A stretch of DNA of 64,000 bases from Octopus sinensis (lineage: Eukaryota), in the NCBI RefSeq assembly GCF_006345805.1, contig NC_043000.1, forward strand, positions 114,700,001-114,764,000, given 5' to 3'. The translations under genes and the position numbers were made by a program. The notes beneath the pieces are model-generated. The model was not told the origin of the DNA, searched no databases, and saw only the letters and a list, made by a program, of their open reading frames with translations. Position 1 is the first letter of the stretch, and each line of letters opens with the position of its first letter. Shown in pieces: positions 25,710 through 38,878 of this stretch.

Positions 25710-26840
25710 ATGGGCTTCTTCCAGTTTCCATCTCCCAAATCCACTCACAAGGTTTTGGTCAGCCCAGGGCTATAGTAGAGGACATTAGCCCAACGTGCCA
25801 TGCAGTGGGACAGAACCCGGAACCATGTGGTTGGTAAGCAAGCTACTTACCACACAGTCACTCCTCTTTCTCTCTATATATATATACACATAGATACATA
25901 CACATACACATATATATGACTAGTGACCAAGACCTTTGGCGATATGCCTGCTCAAAAAGACCGGTCAAGTCAAGTGAAATTATAAGGTAGATGCTGGTGT
26001 CATATAACTGGTGCTTGTGCCAGTGGAACATAAAAAGCACTTTTCTAGCATTGGGCCTCATGGAGACAATGACAATTGACCAAAACTTTTGACAATATGC
26101 TGTGCTTGAGTAGAAGACCCATCAAGCCAAGTGAAATCATAATCATGGCAGATACTGGTGTCACCACAACTGGCACCCATGCTGGTTAAAAGCACCCATT
26201 ACACTTTCGGAATGGTTGGCATTAGGAAGGGTGTCCAGCCACAGAAATCGTGCTAAATCAGACTGAAGTCTGGTGCAGCCCCGTAGCTTATAGTCCCTGG
26301 TCAAACCATCCAACCCATGCAAGCATGGACAACAGGAATTAAATGATGATGACAATGATGATGATGATAATGATGTTATTTATATTGGTTATCATTGCAT
26401 TTGGTCCATCACTCTATCTTACAGTTTTAGTTTTGTCTGTAAACCATAAAATAGACCAAATGTTGGGAATGACACATAACATTCGGTATGGATTGTGAAA
26501 TGGCAAGCGAATCTAATAAAGAACTTATTTAACTAATCACCTGAGGAGGTGCATTTTACACCTTTGATGTAAGATGAGGATTACACAACATCTTACCAGT
26601 GAACTACAGGTGTAAGAGAGCATCGAAACAATTGTAGTGATTTTTAATAAAGAATGTCATTAATTCCATTTTCTATCATTTGTCTATTTATATAAACTCT
26701 ACGGATACTGTAAAATTCCTCATGTATATCCAGCAGCAAGAGTATTTCCACTGCATGATGGCATCAGGTAGCCAATGACTGTGGACAAGCTTTGCACAGG
26801 TTTTTACCTGAATTTTGAATCTTACTTCACTTCACCATGT

Positions 26841-26897
<57 letters not shown>

Positions 26898-27210
26898 CCT
26901 GCTCGCTTAGCCAGCGGGGTGGCGTCATTCAAAGGCTAAAACAATGCGAAGCGCATTGTGACCAGCGATGTGTAGCAACATCTGATAGCCTGGTCGGTCA
27001 CACTGATCACAGTGATATATATATATATATCGTCGTCATCATCATTTAACGTCCATTTTCCATGCTGGCATAGGTTGGCTGATTTGACTGAAAACTGGTA
27101 AGTTGGGGACCTGCACCAAGTTACAATTTGATTTGGCATGGTTTTTACAGTTGGATACCCTTCCTACAACCTATATATGTATATATATGCATATACATAC
27201 ATACATATAT

Positions 27211-27250
<40 letters not shown>

Positions 27251-27251
27251 A

Positions 27252-27282
<31 letters not shown>

Positions 27283-28689
27283 CACAATCTTATTTTAATA
27301 ATAAAGATTTCAAATTTTAGCACAGCACTAGCAACTTCTAAGGGGAAGGAAGAAATCAATTACATCAACTCTGGTACTTAATTATAATTATAATAATAAC
27401 TAGGTCTATTCAAGGTCAAGGTCAAAGAAGAACAACAACAACAATAGCAACAACATCAACGACAATAATTGTTCTTGAAACATGTGCTAATTTCTGTGCT
27501 GACATGTTCAAATAACTCTATAACACTTCTTCGCATGATTCTCCTTCCTGAGAGACAAGAGCTACAAGACAACATAAAGGGAAACAGCTGGCAAAGAAGG
27601 ATCAATCCCTTTAAATTCCTGACAGCCCTTTACTCCAAGCAAAACCCCCTTACCTTGCTTAAGCCTATGGTACGAAAACAGATTTTGTTGATCCCCCTCC
27701 CACCTCCTTCAAGTCTTGTACATGTTGCCCCAAAGCAGAACTAGTCTCTTCCATTCTGGTAGTTGGAAGAAATAATTAGCTTCACATTGGAGATGAAAAA
27801 TGCCTGATGCCAACGTCTATTTAATAATCCCTTATACCATTTCTTTGGCCCCCAGCCTCCAGCCAAACCAGAATTTGGTCAAAAGACAGTGACAGAATAA
27901 TCCTGGTAGCCAGCTGGTTCTACTCCTTACACATCACAGCAGTTGTTTGACAGAGTAGTGTCATAAATCAATGATTAATAACTAAACAGTGTGTGAAAGA
28001 ACTTTGCTTCAATATCCTGCATCTTACATATGCACACATACACATGTGCATATACAAACACACACACACATACGAGAGTACATGCACAAATGCAGCCAGC
28101 TGATGACAATAGCATGCGCCTATATTTCATGTCCTTAACTGACAGTGCCTTCATCAGTCTTTCAAAGCAAAGATTTTTTGGAAACTGTCCAAATACCTCA
28201 ATTAAAACATCTTCCAACAAAAACCTGAACACCACCACATCTTCATTCATGTCTGTTACTATTTAGGGAGCTTGTATGTGATTGTTATACCAGCTAGAAA
28301 TAGAAGCCAAATACCCTCAAATCTTGTAACCTAAAAATATAAAAAGACAGCTATGTCTTCCCCATCTCTAAATCTCTCCCCTCACACTTTTATGGAACAT
28401 ACCCTTTTATCCCCACTGTACAACTTATACTCCCCACCTACTCACTGTTCTCTATAGATAGGCCCCAATACATCTCCAGCACCATCTATTTTCTCTCTCT
28501 CTCTCACTCTGACTGTCTCTCTATCCTTTTCTAATTCTCTCTCCCCTTCTTCTCTTTGGGTAGCCAAGTATCCTTTATATCGTAAGACCACTATCTCTGT
28601 CCCTCTATTATACTCTAACCTCTCACCTGACACACACCTACTTCCCTCGATTCCACTCCCTCCCTCAGTTGAGAGGTCTTAGCCTTGTA

Positions 28690-29220
28690 AGCTACTTGGT
28701 GACCTTACAAGTGTCATGTAAAAAGCACCTATTCCATCACCATGTAAAGGGCACCCAAGCTGATGTCATGTAAAAAGCAACCCATGCTGGTGCCACATGA
28801 GAAGCACCCATTCCAGCATTACGTAAAGGGCACCCAAGCTGATGTCATGTAAAAAGCACCCAAGCTAATGTCAAGCACCCATGCTGGCACCGCATAAGAA
28901 ACACCTGTGCTGGTGCTACATGAAAAGCACCCGTTCCAGCACTACGTAAAGGGCTCCCATGCTGGCACCACATAAGAAGCACCTGTGCTGGTGCCACACA
29001 AAAAGCACCACTTACAGGGCACCCAAGCTGATGTCAAGCACCCATGATGGCACCACATAAGAAGCATCTATGCTGGTGCCACACGAAAACCACCAGCATA
29101 CTCTCTAAGGTGGTTAACATTAGGAAGAGCATCCAGCCATAGAAACCATGCCCAAAACTGACAATAAGAGCTTGGTACAGCCCTCTGGCTTGCCAGTTCC
29201 TGTTGAACCGTTCAAGGCAG
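28690..29220 (+). mobile_element. Family C element with shuffled 23-30-bp internal modules
   Basis: Repeated gcacccatgctggtgccacat and gggcacccaagctgatgtca units, then the family C body. Confidence 0.7.
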
Positions 29221-29559
29221 GCTAGCAGTGGGAATGAACCGGGGACCTTCTAGGTAAAATAATCTATTAAGTTCACACACATAGAGAAAGATCTTTCTGT
29301 CTTTCTCTCTCTCTCACCTCCCCACACACATTTACACAAATACTTTACTATTTTAATGCTTATGTTCCCTGTGTATCCATAACCTTTCGTTTTTTGGTTT
29401 TTTAACACCACTCTGTGGGAGTGGTCGGTTTTGGAAGGGCATCCAGCTGTAAAACCCCTGCCAAAACAGACATTGTGTCTGCCTAGTCAGCTCCTGTCAA
29501 ACCATCCAACTCATGCCAGCATGGAAAACAGATGTTATATGATGATGATAATGTCTCAG

Positions 29560-29922
29560 TCACAAGACTACAGCCATGCTTGAGCACTGCCTGGAGGAAT
29601 TTTAGCCGAATGAATCAACCCATGTACTTGTTTTCTTTTTAAGCCTCGTACTTATTCTATTGGTCTCTTTGCCAAACCACTAAGTCACAGGGATGTAAAC
29701 ACGCCAACACTGGTTTCAAGTGGTGGGGTGGGGGAACAAATACAAACACAAAAAACACACACATAGATATATACGATGGGCTTCTTTCAGTTTCCATCTA
29801 CCAAATCCACTCGCAAGGCTTTGGTCAGCCTGAGGCTATAGTAGAAGACACTTGCCTGAGATGCCACACAGTAAAACTGAACCTGGAACCATGTGGTTGG
29901 GAAGCAAGCTTCTTACCACACA
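29560..29922 (-). mobile_element. SINE family A (further copies near 25710, 40570, 44765)
   Basis: Head, body and tail. Confidence 0.75.
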
Positions 29923-30327
29923 GCGAAACATGTCCCAGTCATAACTGTTGTATCTGTTTGTATATCCAGTAAGAAATCATTGAAGATTTCAGGATGTAAT
30001 TTGAAGGAGATTTAGCTGGTATTTCTAGCAGATTGAGGACCCATGTAGAAATTTTCTTGTAGTTTTTGCTCTGACTAAGTAGATCTTTGATTGAAAACAT
30101 TCCTGTCATGCCCATCCCAACTTCTTATCTGTGCATCAAGACTTCATTTTCGCATACATCATTTCATTTTCCAATACGGTAAGATCCAGTTTAGAGAGAT
30201 TTGGCTGCTATTTCTAGCCGATCACATAGAAGCTCCTTTATCAGCATGTAAGCATAGAAAATACATACAAGCATGTGGTGTATATATATGCACATTTAGT
30301 CTTACACCAAGGACTAAATTGTTCAAT

Positions 30328-30530
30328 ATACCCATTTCTTTACTACCCACAAGGGGCTAAACACAGAGAGGACAAAAAAGGACAGACAAACGGATTAAGT
30401 CGATTATATCAACCCCAGTGCGTAACTGGTACTTAATTTATTGACCCTGAAAGGATGAAAGACAAAGTTGACCTCAGCAGAATTTGAACTCAGAACGTAA
30501 CGGCAGACGAAATACCGCTTAGCATTTCGC
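30328..30530 (-). mobile_element. SINE family B monomer (others near 8660, 9580, 43200, 47270, 47830, 48430, 53800, 55850)
   Basis: Same core sequence. Confidence 0.75.
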
Positions 30531-31289
30531 CTTCGTTACAGTCAATGTGATTTGACAGTTATTTCCAGAAGGTGACCTAACCATGGTTGTGATCATGTGT
30601 ATAATTGTTATGAACAGACCAAACAAGATTACCAAGTTTACCTGGACAATGGAGTTCAGACCATTTGTCTTAACTTCATACATACACATAAATACTCACA
30701 CACTAACAAGTACAGATAAAAACAGTGTGAAACTAGAGCAGAGTGGTACTTCACTACACAGACACAGTCCATTGCTAAACATATTCAAGTTATTTAAACA
30801 GGAACATCATCATCATAATCACTTAACGTCTGTTTTCCACGCTGGTATGGGTTGAACAATTAGACAGGAGCTGGCCAACCAAAGAGCAACACAAGGCTCC
30901 AGTTGTCTGTTTTAGGCAGGGTTGCTACAGCTGGATGCCCTTCCTAATGCTAACCACTTTACAGAATGTACTGGGTGCCTCTTATGTGGCACTAACACCA
31001 GTGCTTTATATGTGGCACCAGCACAAGTGCTTTTTATGTGACACTGGCATGTGTGACCCATACAAGCTTTTAATTACAGGTACATACAATCCATCCAATG
31101 GCCTTCCATACACTTTTCTGCTTCCCAAATTTCATTTACAAGATTTGGATTGATCCCATACTAAAACAAAAAAAAAACTTACCTAAGACCTCTATATAAT
31201 GGAATTAAACCTAAGATCTTGTGGTTGTAAAATGAACTCCTTAACCTGTCAACCATGCGGCAACCACTCAAATATACATATAAGGGTAA

Positions 31290-31620
31290 AAGAGTAAAGA
31301 CCTCTTTCAGTCATGAATGACCATGGGGTTGCACCTAGAAAGTTCCTCTCCGAAGCATAAGTCTGAGCAGGGTTGTTTATGTAAGGCCAGCAGTCACCTA
31401 TGTATACCAACCTCCCCTCTCCACACCACTGATGTTATGCAAGGGAAAGGCAAAGGGGCGATACAGCTTGGCACCAGTGATGTCGCAACTCATTTCTACA
31501 GATGAGTGAACTGGAACTACATGAAATAAACTGTCTTGCTCAAGAACACAATACGCAGCCTGGTCCAGGAATTGAACTCACTACCTCATGATCATGCACC
31601 CGACACTCTAACCACTGGAT
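31290..31620 (-). mobile_element. tRNA-derived SINE family D (others at ~12560, 20690, 36220, and 43775-44405 with a nested family C insert)
   Basis: Minus-strand head gtggttagagtgtcgg...gagttcaattcc...ttcttgagcaagac; body catgggattgcacctagaaag. Confidence 0.75.
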
Positions 31621-31741
31621 TAACTTTACCTTGTTATCTCCCCTACTTCTTCGCTCTCCTGTGTGACCCTTCTGTACGGCAGTCGCCATGATAGATCGGT
31701 AGCCACTACACACATTTTTTCTCTCTCCTTTTTTTATCTGT

Positions 31742-31783
31742 GTCCCTTTCTGAAGAAGAGCGTAGGCTCAAAACGTAAAAGAC
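31742..31783 (+). ncRNA. Minimal type-I hammerhead ribozyme motif (G12A variant) in a PLE-type 3' fragment spanning ~31690-31875
   Basis: CTTT-CTGAAGA-A-GAGC-gtag-GCTC-AAAA-CGTA-AAAG: stem I CTTT/AAAG, stem II GAGC/GCTC, palindromic ACGT stem III. Confidence 0.7.
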
Positions 31784-31876
31784 TTTTTCTATTCCTGAGT
31801 GCTATACTAATACGTGTGTTTGTTTTCTACACCACCTGTCTTTGTCTTTTGTATTTTTCGTGAACTCTCCCTATAT

Positions 31877-31942
<66 letters not shown>

Positions 31943-33644
31943 TGCACCATATATACAGTAGAAGCAATATTGAGTTGGTGGCTATGGGTAATGACTGAAG
32001 TCTCACAGGTCCAGAGTTGAAATATAACAAAATAACAAAACTGCTTTGGAAAAGAAAGAGAACAGGGCACAGAATTCTATGCGTCACTGTTCTCTTAGAT
32101 GTTTAGAAGAGGTTCCAGATTACCAAGGAATGTCACCCAAAATAGTCGCCTTATTCATTATGTGACAGGCATTCACCCCACTTGGGATATAGCAAACAAT
32201 TACCCCAGTTGAAATGAGATGAGCTGCAAAAACTAAGACAGGATTCCACTCCAGCTGGGATGAAATGGGCTACCATCCTATAAAAATGGAAACAAATTAT
32301 AATCCTACATAATACTACAAAGTAAAAAAATGTCCTACATCCACCTAACATCTTCATCAGTGTATAAAAGGTAACAGTATACATACATACATACACACAC
32401 AAACATACATACATACACACATAAACATACATACATCACATACATACACACACACATACATATACATACATACACACACACATACATATACATACATACA
32501 CACACACATACATATACATACATACACACATACATATACATACATACACACATAAACATACATACATCACATACATACACACACAAACATACATACATAC
32601 ACACACATATAAGTATGCATTCATATGTGTATAAATATGTGTATCTTTTTCCAGAAAAAAAACTAATAAACCGGTAGTTCATTCAAACAAAACTACCTTG
32701 TGGTATTAATTCCACCCAAGTCACACAGACACTCCCATCTCACTATCACCAATAGAAATATATAAGTGACCCATTGGTGAAAAAACCTAGTCAATAATAC
32801 TATAATTTGCAAATTGCCAAAAAGGAGAAATAGCAGCCAAATCCCCGTCAAACACAACCTACCAATCATAAACAAAGAAGGATGTATAATGGACATCCAC
32901 ATCAGTTGTTAGCTGTCAGGACACCACAACCTTCAAAACTTCCAGGCTTTCTGAAATTCACAAACAATACACCTGATATCCCACCACCACCACCCTTTTG
33001 TAATGACTCATTCACTGTTTGTTTCTTGTGCATTAGTCTATGTTCTGTTCATGCAATTTTGGCCACTTTGTTCTGATGAGTTGTAGTGCACCTGAGTACT
33101 GTAAACAATAAGCTCATCATCATCATCATCATTATTATTATCATTGTTATTATTATTTTCCTTTTTGCTTCAAATTTTCTTCCGTTTCTCGCCGAGTGTT
33201 TTCCATACACCTAGGGCAAAAGGAGAAAGGGGCTCTATACCCGTGGCTTTCATGGGTTTTTCCACGAGTAACCTTTCGAAGCGCCTCCCCCTATTGGGAG
33301 TTTTTACTTGTTATATTTTCCTTGTTATCTTGCGTTTTTACACGGACTTTTCAAACGGACAAAACCCTTTTTGTAACTTTCATCCTGTATTTTGTCCTAA
33401 CATGTTTTATTTGATTTTTAGAATTTAAAGAACATTCTTGACGAGATGTACACGGATATAAGGAATGTGTTACAGCGCCAAAGGAATGTCGGTACTAGAG
33501 ACATTTAAGGTCAATGATTGGTCTGGCTGAAGGCAGAACTGTTCAAGACCCTGAGATACAAAAACCTGCTTTAAATGTCATAACAGATTGTGTCTGGGGA
33601 CCAATGGAAAGGGTGGGTGTAATATTCTAATTACATATGGTTCC

Positions 33645-34130
33645 TCGTGCTGGTGGCACGTAAAAAGCACCCACTACACTCTTAGAGTGGTTGGTGTTAG
33701 GAAGGACGTCCAGCTGTGGAAAGATTGCCAGATCAGACTTGGAGCCTGATGCAGCTACTGGCTCTCCAGGCTGCAGTCAAACCGTCCAACCCATGCCAGC
33801 ATGAAAAACGGACGTTCAACGATGATGATGGTATCATCATCATCATCGTTTAACGTCCACTAGCATGGGTTGGACAGTTCGACCGGGGTCTGGGAACCAG
33901 GAGGCTGTACCAGGCTTCAGTCTGATCTGGCAGTGTTTCTACAGCTGGATGCCCTTCCTAATGCCAACAACTCCATGAGTGTAGTGGGTGCTTTTTACGT
34001 GCCAGGCAGGGCTGGCAACGGCCACCATCAGTTGGTGCTTTTTACGTGCTACCAGTACAGAAGCCAGTCAAGGCGGCGCTGGTATTGGCCACGTTCAGAT
34101 GGTGCTTTTTACATGCCACTGGCACAGAGA
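33645..34130. repeat. Tail-to-tail inverted pair of family C elements
   Basis: Plus copy ends gatgatgatg at ~33830; minus copy begins atcatcatc at ~33833. Confidence 0.8.
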
Positions 34131-34831
34131 TCACAAATACAATTTCCATTGATTTTTTATATATATATACACACACATACATGCATATATGGGTACAGGA
34201 CGTCAACAACGGTGAGCAAATAACATGAAATACATAAACAACGAGAAAAAATGGAAAACAGTTGTCGGCCATGGGTGGATGTTTATGACAGAAACACTTC
34301 ATACAGAGTGGATACCACTACTACAAGATGCCTATATATATATATATAGAGAGAGAGAGACAGACAGACAGATAGATAGATACAGACAGGCAAACAAAAG
34401 ACAGATTGATAGACATGTAGGTATGGGTTGATGCCCTAGAGTAACATTGATGGGGTGCATACATAAGGAGGATAATGTCACTGGGTGTAAAAGGGGTGTG
34501 GGTTAGTTATGCAGACAGACATCAAGGGATGGATATAGGTATAATAAGGGTAAGGACTGAGTCATTTCAGACATCAAGGAAGTGTGTTACATAGTTATTT
34601 CATCAGTTTCAAAATTCTTGTCACCTCCACCCATTTAGATGGGTGTGGCTGGTTGTATGTGTGTAAAAGAATTGGTAGGTGTATGTGTGCAGACATGCTC
34701 AATATTTCAGTGTGTGTATGTGTAAGGCCTTCGTTTCTTATGATTCAGGCAACATAATTTTAATATTATTTTTTTATAGTTAAGGTCAGTCGATCATACT
34801 GTGTACAATAGTGAACTGTGCCTCCACATAC

Positions 34832-35290
34832 TTCATCATCATCATCATCGTTTAACGTCCGTTTTCCGTGCTAGCACGGATTGGACGGTTTGACCGACGT
34901 CTGGGAAGCCAGGAGGCTGCACCAGGCCCCAGTCTGATCTGGCAGTGTTTCTACAGCTGGATGACCTTCCTCACGCCAACCACTCCGTGAGTGTAGTGGG
35001 TGCTTTTTACATGCCACCGGCACAGATGCCAGGGGAGGCTGGCAGCAGCCACGATCGGTTGGTGCTTTTTACATGCTACCGGCGCAGAAGCCAGTCGAGG
35101 CAGCACTGGCATCGGCCACGTTCGGATGGCACTTTTTACGTGCCACCGGCACAGGTATCACAACTCCAATTTCCATTTGGTATTTATTTTGATGTTGATG
35201 TACTTGACTCAATAGGTCTCCTCAAGCACAGCAGGTCATGTGCCACCGGCACAGAAGCCAGTCAAGGCGATGCTGGCCGCCTTGTTTATA
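34832..35290 (-). mobile_element. Family C element (others near 9225, 22015, 25480, 25920, 29415, 30815, 35635, 40850, 43960, 48530, 54925, 63941)
   Basis: (ATC)n-gtttaacgtcc tail on the plus strand, then the family C body. Confidence 0.75.
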
Positions 35291-35853
35291 ATTAGATATA
35301 GTTAAATATGGACAGTTCAGGCATTTAAGTTCAGTGTTTCAGATGACCTGGTCAAAAGTTCATATTCTAGCAGCTAAAATAAGTAACAGCTAAGTATCTG
35401 GGTTGATTTTATCAAATCCACCCCACCAGCAAATGTTTGTGTACTTGTGCTTAAGTGAAACCATTATTTAGTCACAAGAAGAGGGAGTGACACTGACCTA
35501 TGACCTTGGTAAACCTTCCCAGTCTACCCTGCTATGAATAGGTATCACATGGTAGAGATACATTTACCAACTATAAGTAACAGAACCCTTGTAAAATTGA
35601 CAACTGATAAGCTTAAAGTACGAAATTGAGCATCACCATCATCATTTAAGGTCCATTTTCCATATGGGCATAGGTTGGACAGTTTAACAGGAGCTGGCCA
35701 TCCTGAGAGCTGTATCAGGCGCCAATTGTCTACTCTGGCATGGATTTTACAGTTGGATGCCCTTCCTAATACCAACCACTTTACAGAATGTACTGGGTAC
35801 CTTTCCCCTGTCACTGACACAGGTGCCTTTATATATATGTGTATGTATATGTG

Positions 35854-35912
<59 letters not shown>

Positions 35913-37622
35913 ATATATATAAATATATATATTTTATCCTTCGAAACGTTTAGTAGATGAAACCTTAGCGACTGAAGAAGGGGATTTTTCGTTGTGCTTA
36001 TTGTCCTGTATCTCTTTTTTTGCTTGTCTTGTTCCTTGGTTTGTGTCTATGTTTTTCGTCTCTCTATGTGTTCGACGTCTTTTTGGTGTCCTGTACACAT
36101 ATATGCGTGTATATGTACATGTAGAGGTAGGTACGTACATATATGTTTATATATATGCATATGTTCTATTTTATTAACATATATATATATATATAATATA
36201 TATATATATATATTGTTGTTGTGACTCCCTTTGGCCATGACTGACCATGAGATTGCACCTAGAAAGTTACTCTCTGAGGCACAAGTCCGGGCAAGGTTGT
36301 TTATGGAAGACCAGCAGTCACCCATGCATACCAGCCTTCCCTCTCCACGCCACCGATGTTATCCAATGGAAAGGCAAAGGCTGATACAGCTTGGCACCAG
36401 TGACATCGCAGCTCATTTATTAACGTGCAAGTGGCTGAGCACTCCACAGACACTTGTACCCTTAAATACAAATACAACAGAAACAGGAAGAAAGAGCGAG
36501 AGAAAATTGTGATGAAAGAGTACAGCAGGGTTCACCACCACCCTCTGCTGGAGCCTCGTGGAGCTTTAGGTGTTTTCGCTCAATAAACACTCACAATGAT
36601 ATATATATACATATGTATGTATGTATGTATGTATAGGGAGAAGAGTGATGTAGTGACTAGTAGTATCTATAGGGTGGTTGGGTCCCAAATGAAATTTTCC
36701 TTTTCGTGTAGTCCATCTCAAAAGTAATTCATCCCAAGAAAATCTTTCACTACAGAAGTTATAACCAAAAACAGGATTGGAACACAATAGTGTCTCTCAA
36801 CAAAACATCCTTCCATAAATAGTGCTCCCATTGCTTTTTCTAAAACCAACAATACTTTTCTTCGGTTATTACTTTGTACAGTGTAGGGTTAAGAATCTCG
36901 TCTATGAACACATCAGGCCATGATAGTAACTAAACGTGAACCTTGAATTTCCAGGCCAGCAACATACACTTTAGCTTTGTGATCGCTTGACTTGCTAAAA
37001 ATAACAGCCAAATTTCTCTCAGACCACTTCATAAAGGAAGAACACATTCGATAAAATAGTCCTGTGTACGTTGTCTGAAAACGATAGCACTTTCATACAT
37101 CTGCCTGATCAGATCTGGCCTGGGGTTAAATGAAAACCACCAGCTGTGACACGAGGAATTAAGGATTCATTACATTCTTGCTCGATCTGCTAAAAATAGC
37201 AGACAAATCACACACTACCATCTTAAGAAGGGAATGACACGTTAGGTAATGTAGTCCTAGGTACTTGTAAACAGACAGGATGGTCACGATTAGAAGACAT
37301 TTCGATTATACGCGGATTCGGTCAGCGTTGATTTGGTACTAAACAAAAACCAGCTGCTATGAGTGAATGTGTGTGTGTGTGTGTGTGTCTGTGTTTGTAT
37401 TTGTGTATGTATGTACACTTGCTAACATAAAGAGAGGGGGAGGAAGAGGAAAGAGTGAGTGATCACATTGTGTCCGACGAAAATTGCCTTTGGTTAAATA
37501 TGAAATTAGGAGAGAATGCAAGTGTGCGTGGTAACATAAGACTGCGTGTGTGTGTGTCTGTGTAGATGTGTGTGTGTGTGTGTGTGTGTGCGTGTACTGT
37601 GACAACTGGCTTGATACGTCGG

Positions 37623-37638
37623 TGACGTCATCATGTGA
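37623..37638. promoter_or_regulatory. Adjacent CRE and TCATGTGA box, possible intronic enhancer
   Basis: TGACGTCA-TCATGTGA in a short unique island between microsatellites; same motifs as the promoter. Confidence 0.35.
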
Positions 37639-37881
37639 ACATAACAAAGGAGGGACCAGGAAGGTGAGGTTGTATGACACATAGAGACAGACAGGCAGGC
37701 AGGCAGACTGGTATGTAAAGACACAATGTGTGTGTGAGAGAGAGACAGAAACATAGAGAGACAGATAAACATAGACATAGAGAGAGAGAGAGGCAAATAA
37801 CACGCACAGTCACATATATACACACACGTATACACAGACTAGTGTATTTGAGAGAGACGGGGAGGCAAGACAACACACACT

Positions 37882-37935
<54 letters not shown>

Positions 37936-38330
37936 CACAGACTTGTGTGAGTGTGTAAGTTCGAGGGAGAGAGAGGGGGGCAGACAAGACACACACACAC
38001 ACACATACATACACACAGGTTAGTGTGTGTGTGTGTGTAAGTGTGTGATACATGTGTTACAGAGACGGTCAGACACCTAGCTAATCTTCTAAGAAATACG
38101 TTGATATACTTCATAATAGAAAGTTATAAATAAACACCATGGATAGATAAACAGATCGATACAGTCTACATGGAAACAAACATAGAAATAAAAAGATACA
38201 TATGGACAAACAAACAGATCGACAGAAATATTCTATACAGAGACAAACAAGAAGGTAGGAAAACACAGACGGAAAGTTAGGACTCAATAGAGAAATCGAT
38301 CAACACGAATACTAAACATATTAGGGTACT

Positions 38331-38609
38331 ACTTGAGAACAGTGGTCCCGGTGCGCACACTCGCGTACTCGCGCATCCGCGCTAGCTAGTCATGACTAGT
38401 CGATCCTTACTTTGTGTTTTTGTGTTATTTACTTCGTTTAAAAAATTATCTTTGTGTTTTGTGTTTTATTTACTTTGTTTAACAAAAATTATTTACTTTG
38501 TGTAAAAAAATTATTTTTGTGTTTTATTTTCTTTGCTAGGGTAGTTGTAGGATCGACTAGTCGCGACTAGCTAGCGCGAGTGCGCGCACCGGGACCGCTG
38601 TTCTCAAGT
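38331..38609. mobile_element. MITE with ~63-bp CpG-rich TIRs and AT-rich tandemly repetitive core
   Basis: Left arm 38331-38410 is the reverse complement of 38547-38609, apart from 4 substitutions, a 16-bp insert and a 1-bp indel. Confidence 0.8.
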
Positions 38610-38878
38610 GTGTACTACATATTAGACGAACATATGAATAGAAAGGACGGAGTTCCTCAGAGAAAGTTGGGATCCTAGAGATCGATGGAAGGGCAATATA
38701 TATATATATTAGCGGAATAAATAAAGAAAATGACACAAATAGAGAGAAAGTTAGGACACTATAGGTTGAGAGAAATATACTGTAGCTATACAGATAAATA
38801 ATAAAACAAGTAATAAAGAGAGACATGCCGGCTAATTAATAAAACAAATACTTTCTTTCTGGCGACCTATGTTCTTAC

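Larger units (their letters stand above)
4132..38878 (-). other. YAE1 intron 1, 34,747 bp, GT-AG
   Basis: Bounded by the splice sites above. An in-frame join needs no intervening exon. Confidence 0.75.

Noticed and set aside
27975-28250. F-box-like EDVLIEVF peptide
   Set aside because: Resemblance is limited to a few residues, the ORF runs into a microsatellite, and there is no splice support.
28740-29100. Short repeats with variable spacers resembling a CRISPR array
   Set aside because: Spacers are themselves repeated modules of a family C element, the context is eukaryotic, and there are no cas genes.
33140-33480. GC-richer block with hairpin tacccgtgg...ccacgagta, possible LTR or PLE remnant
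   Set aside because: Single copy in the window with no terminal signatures or ORF; cannot be assigned.
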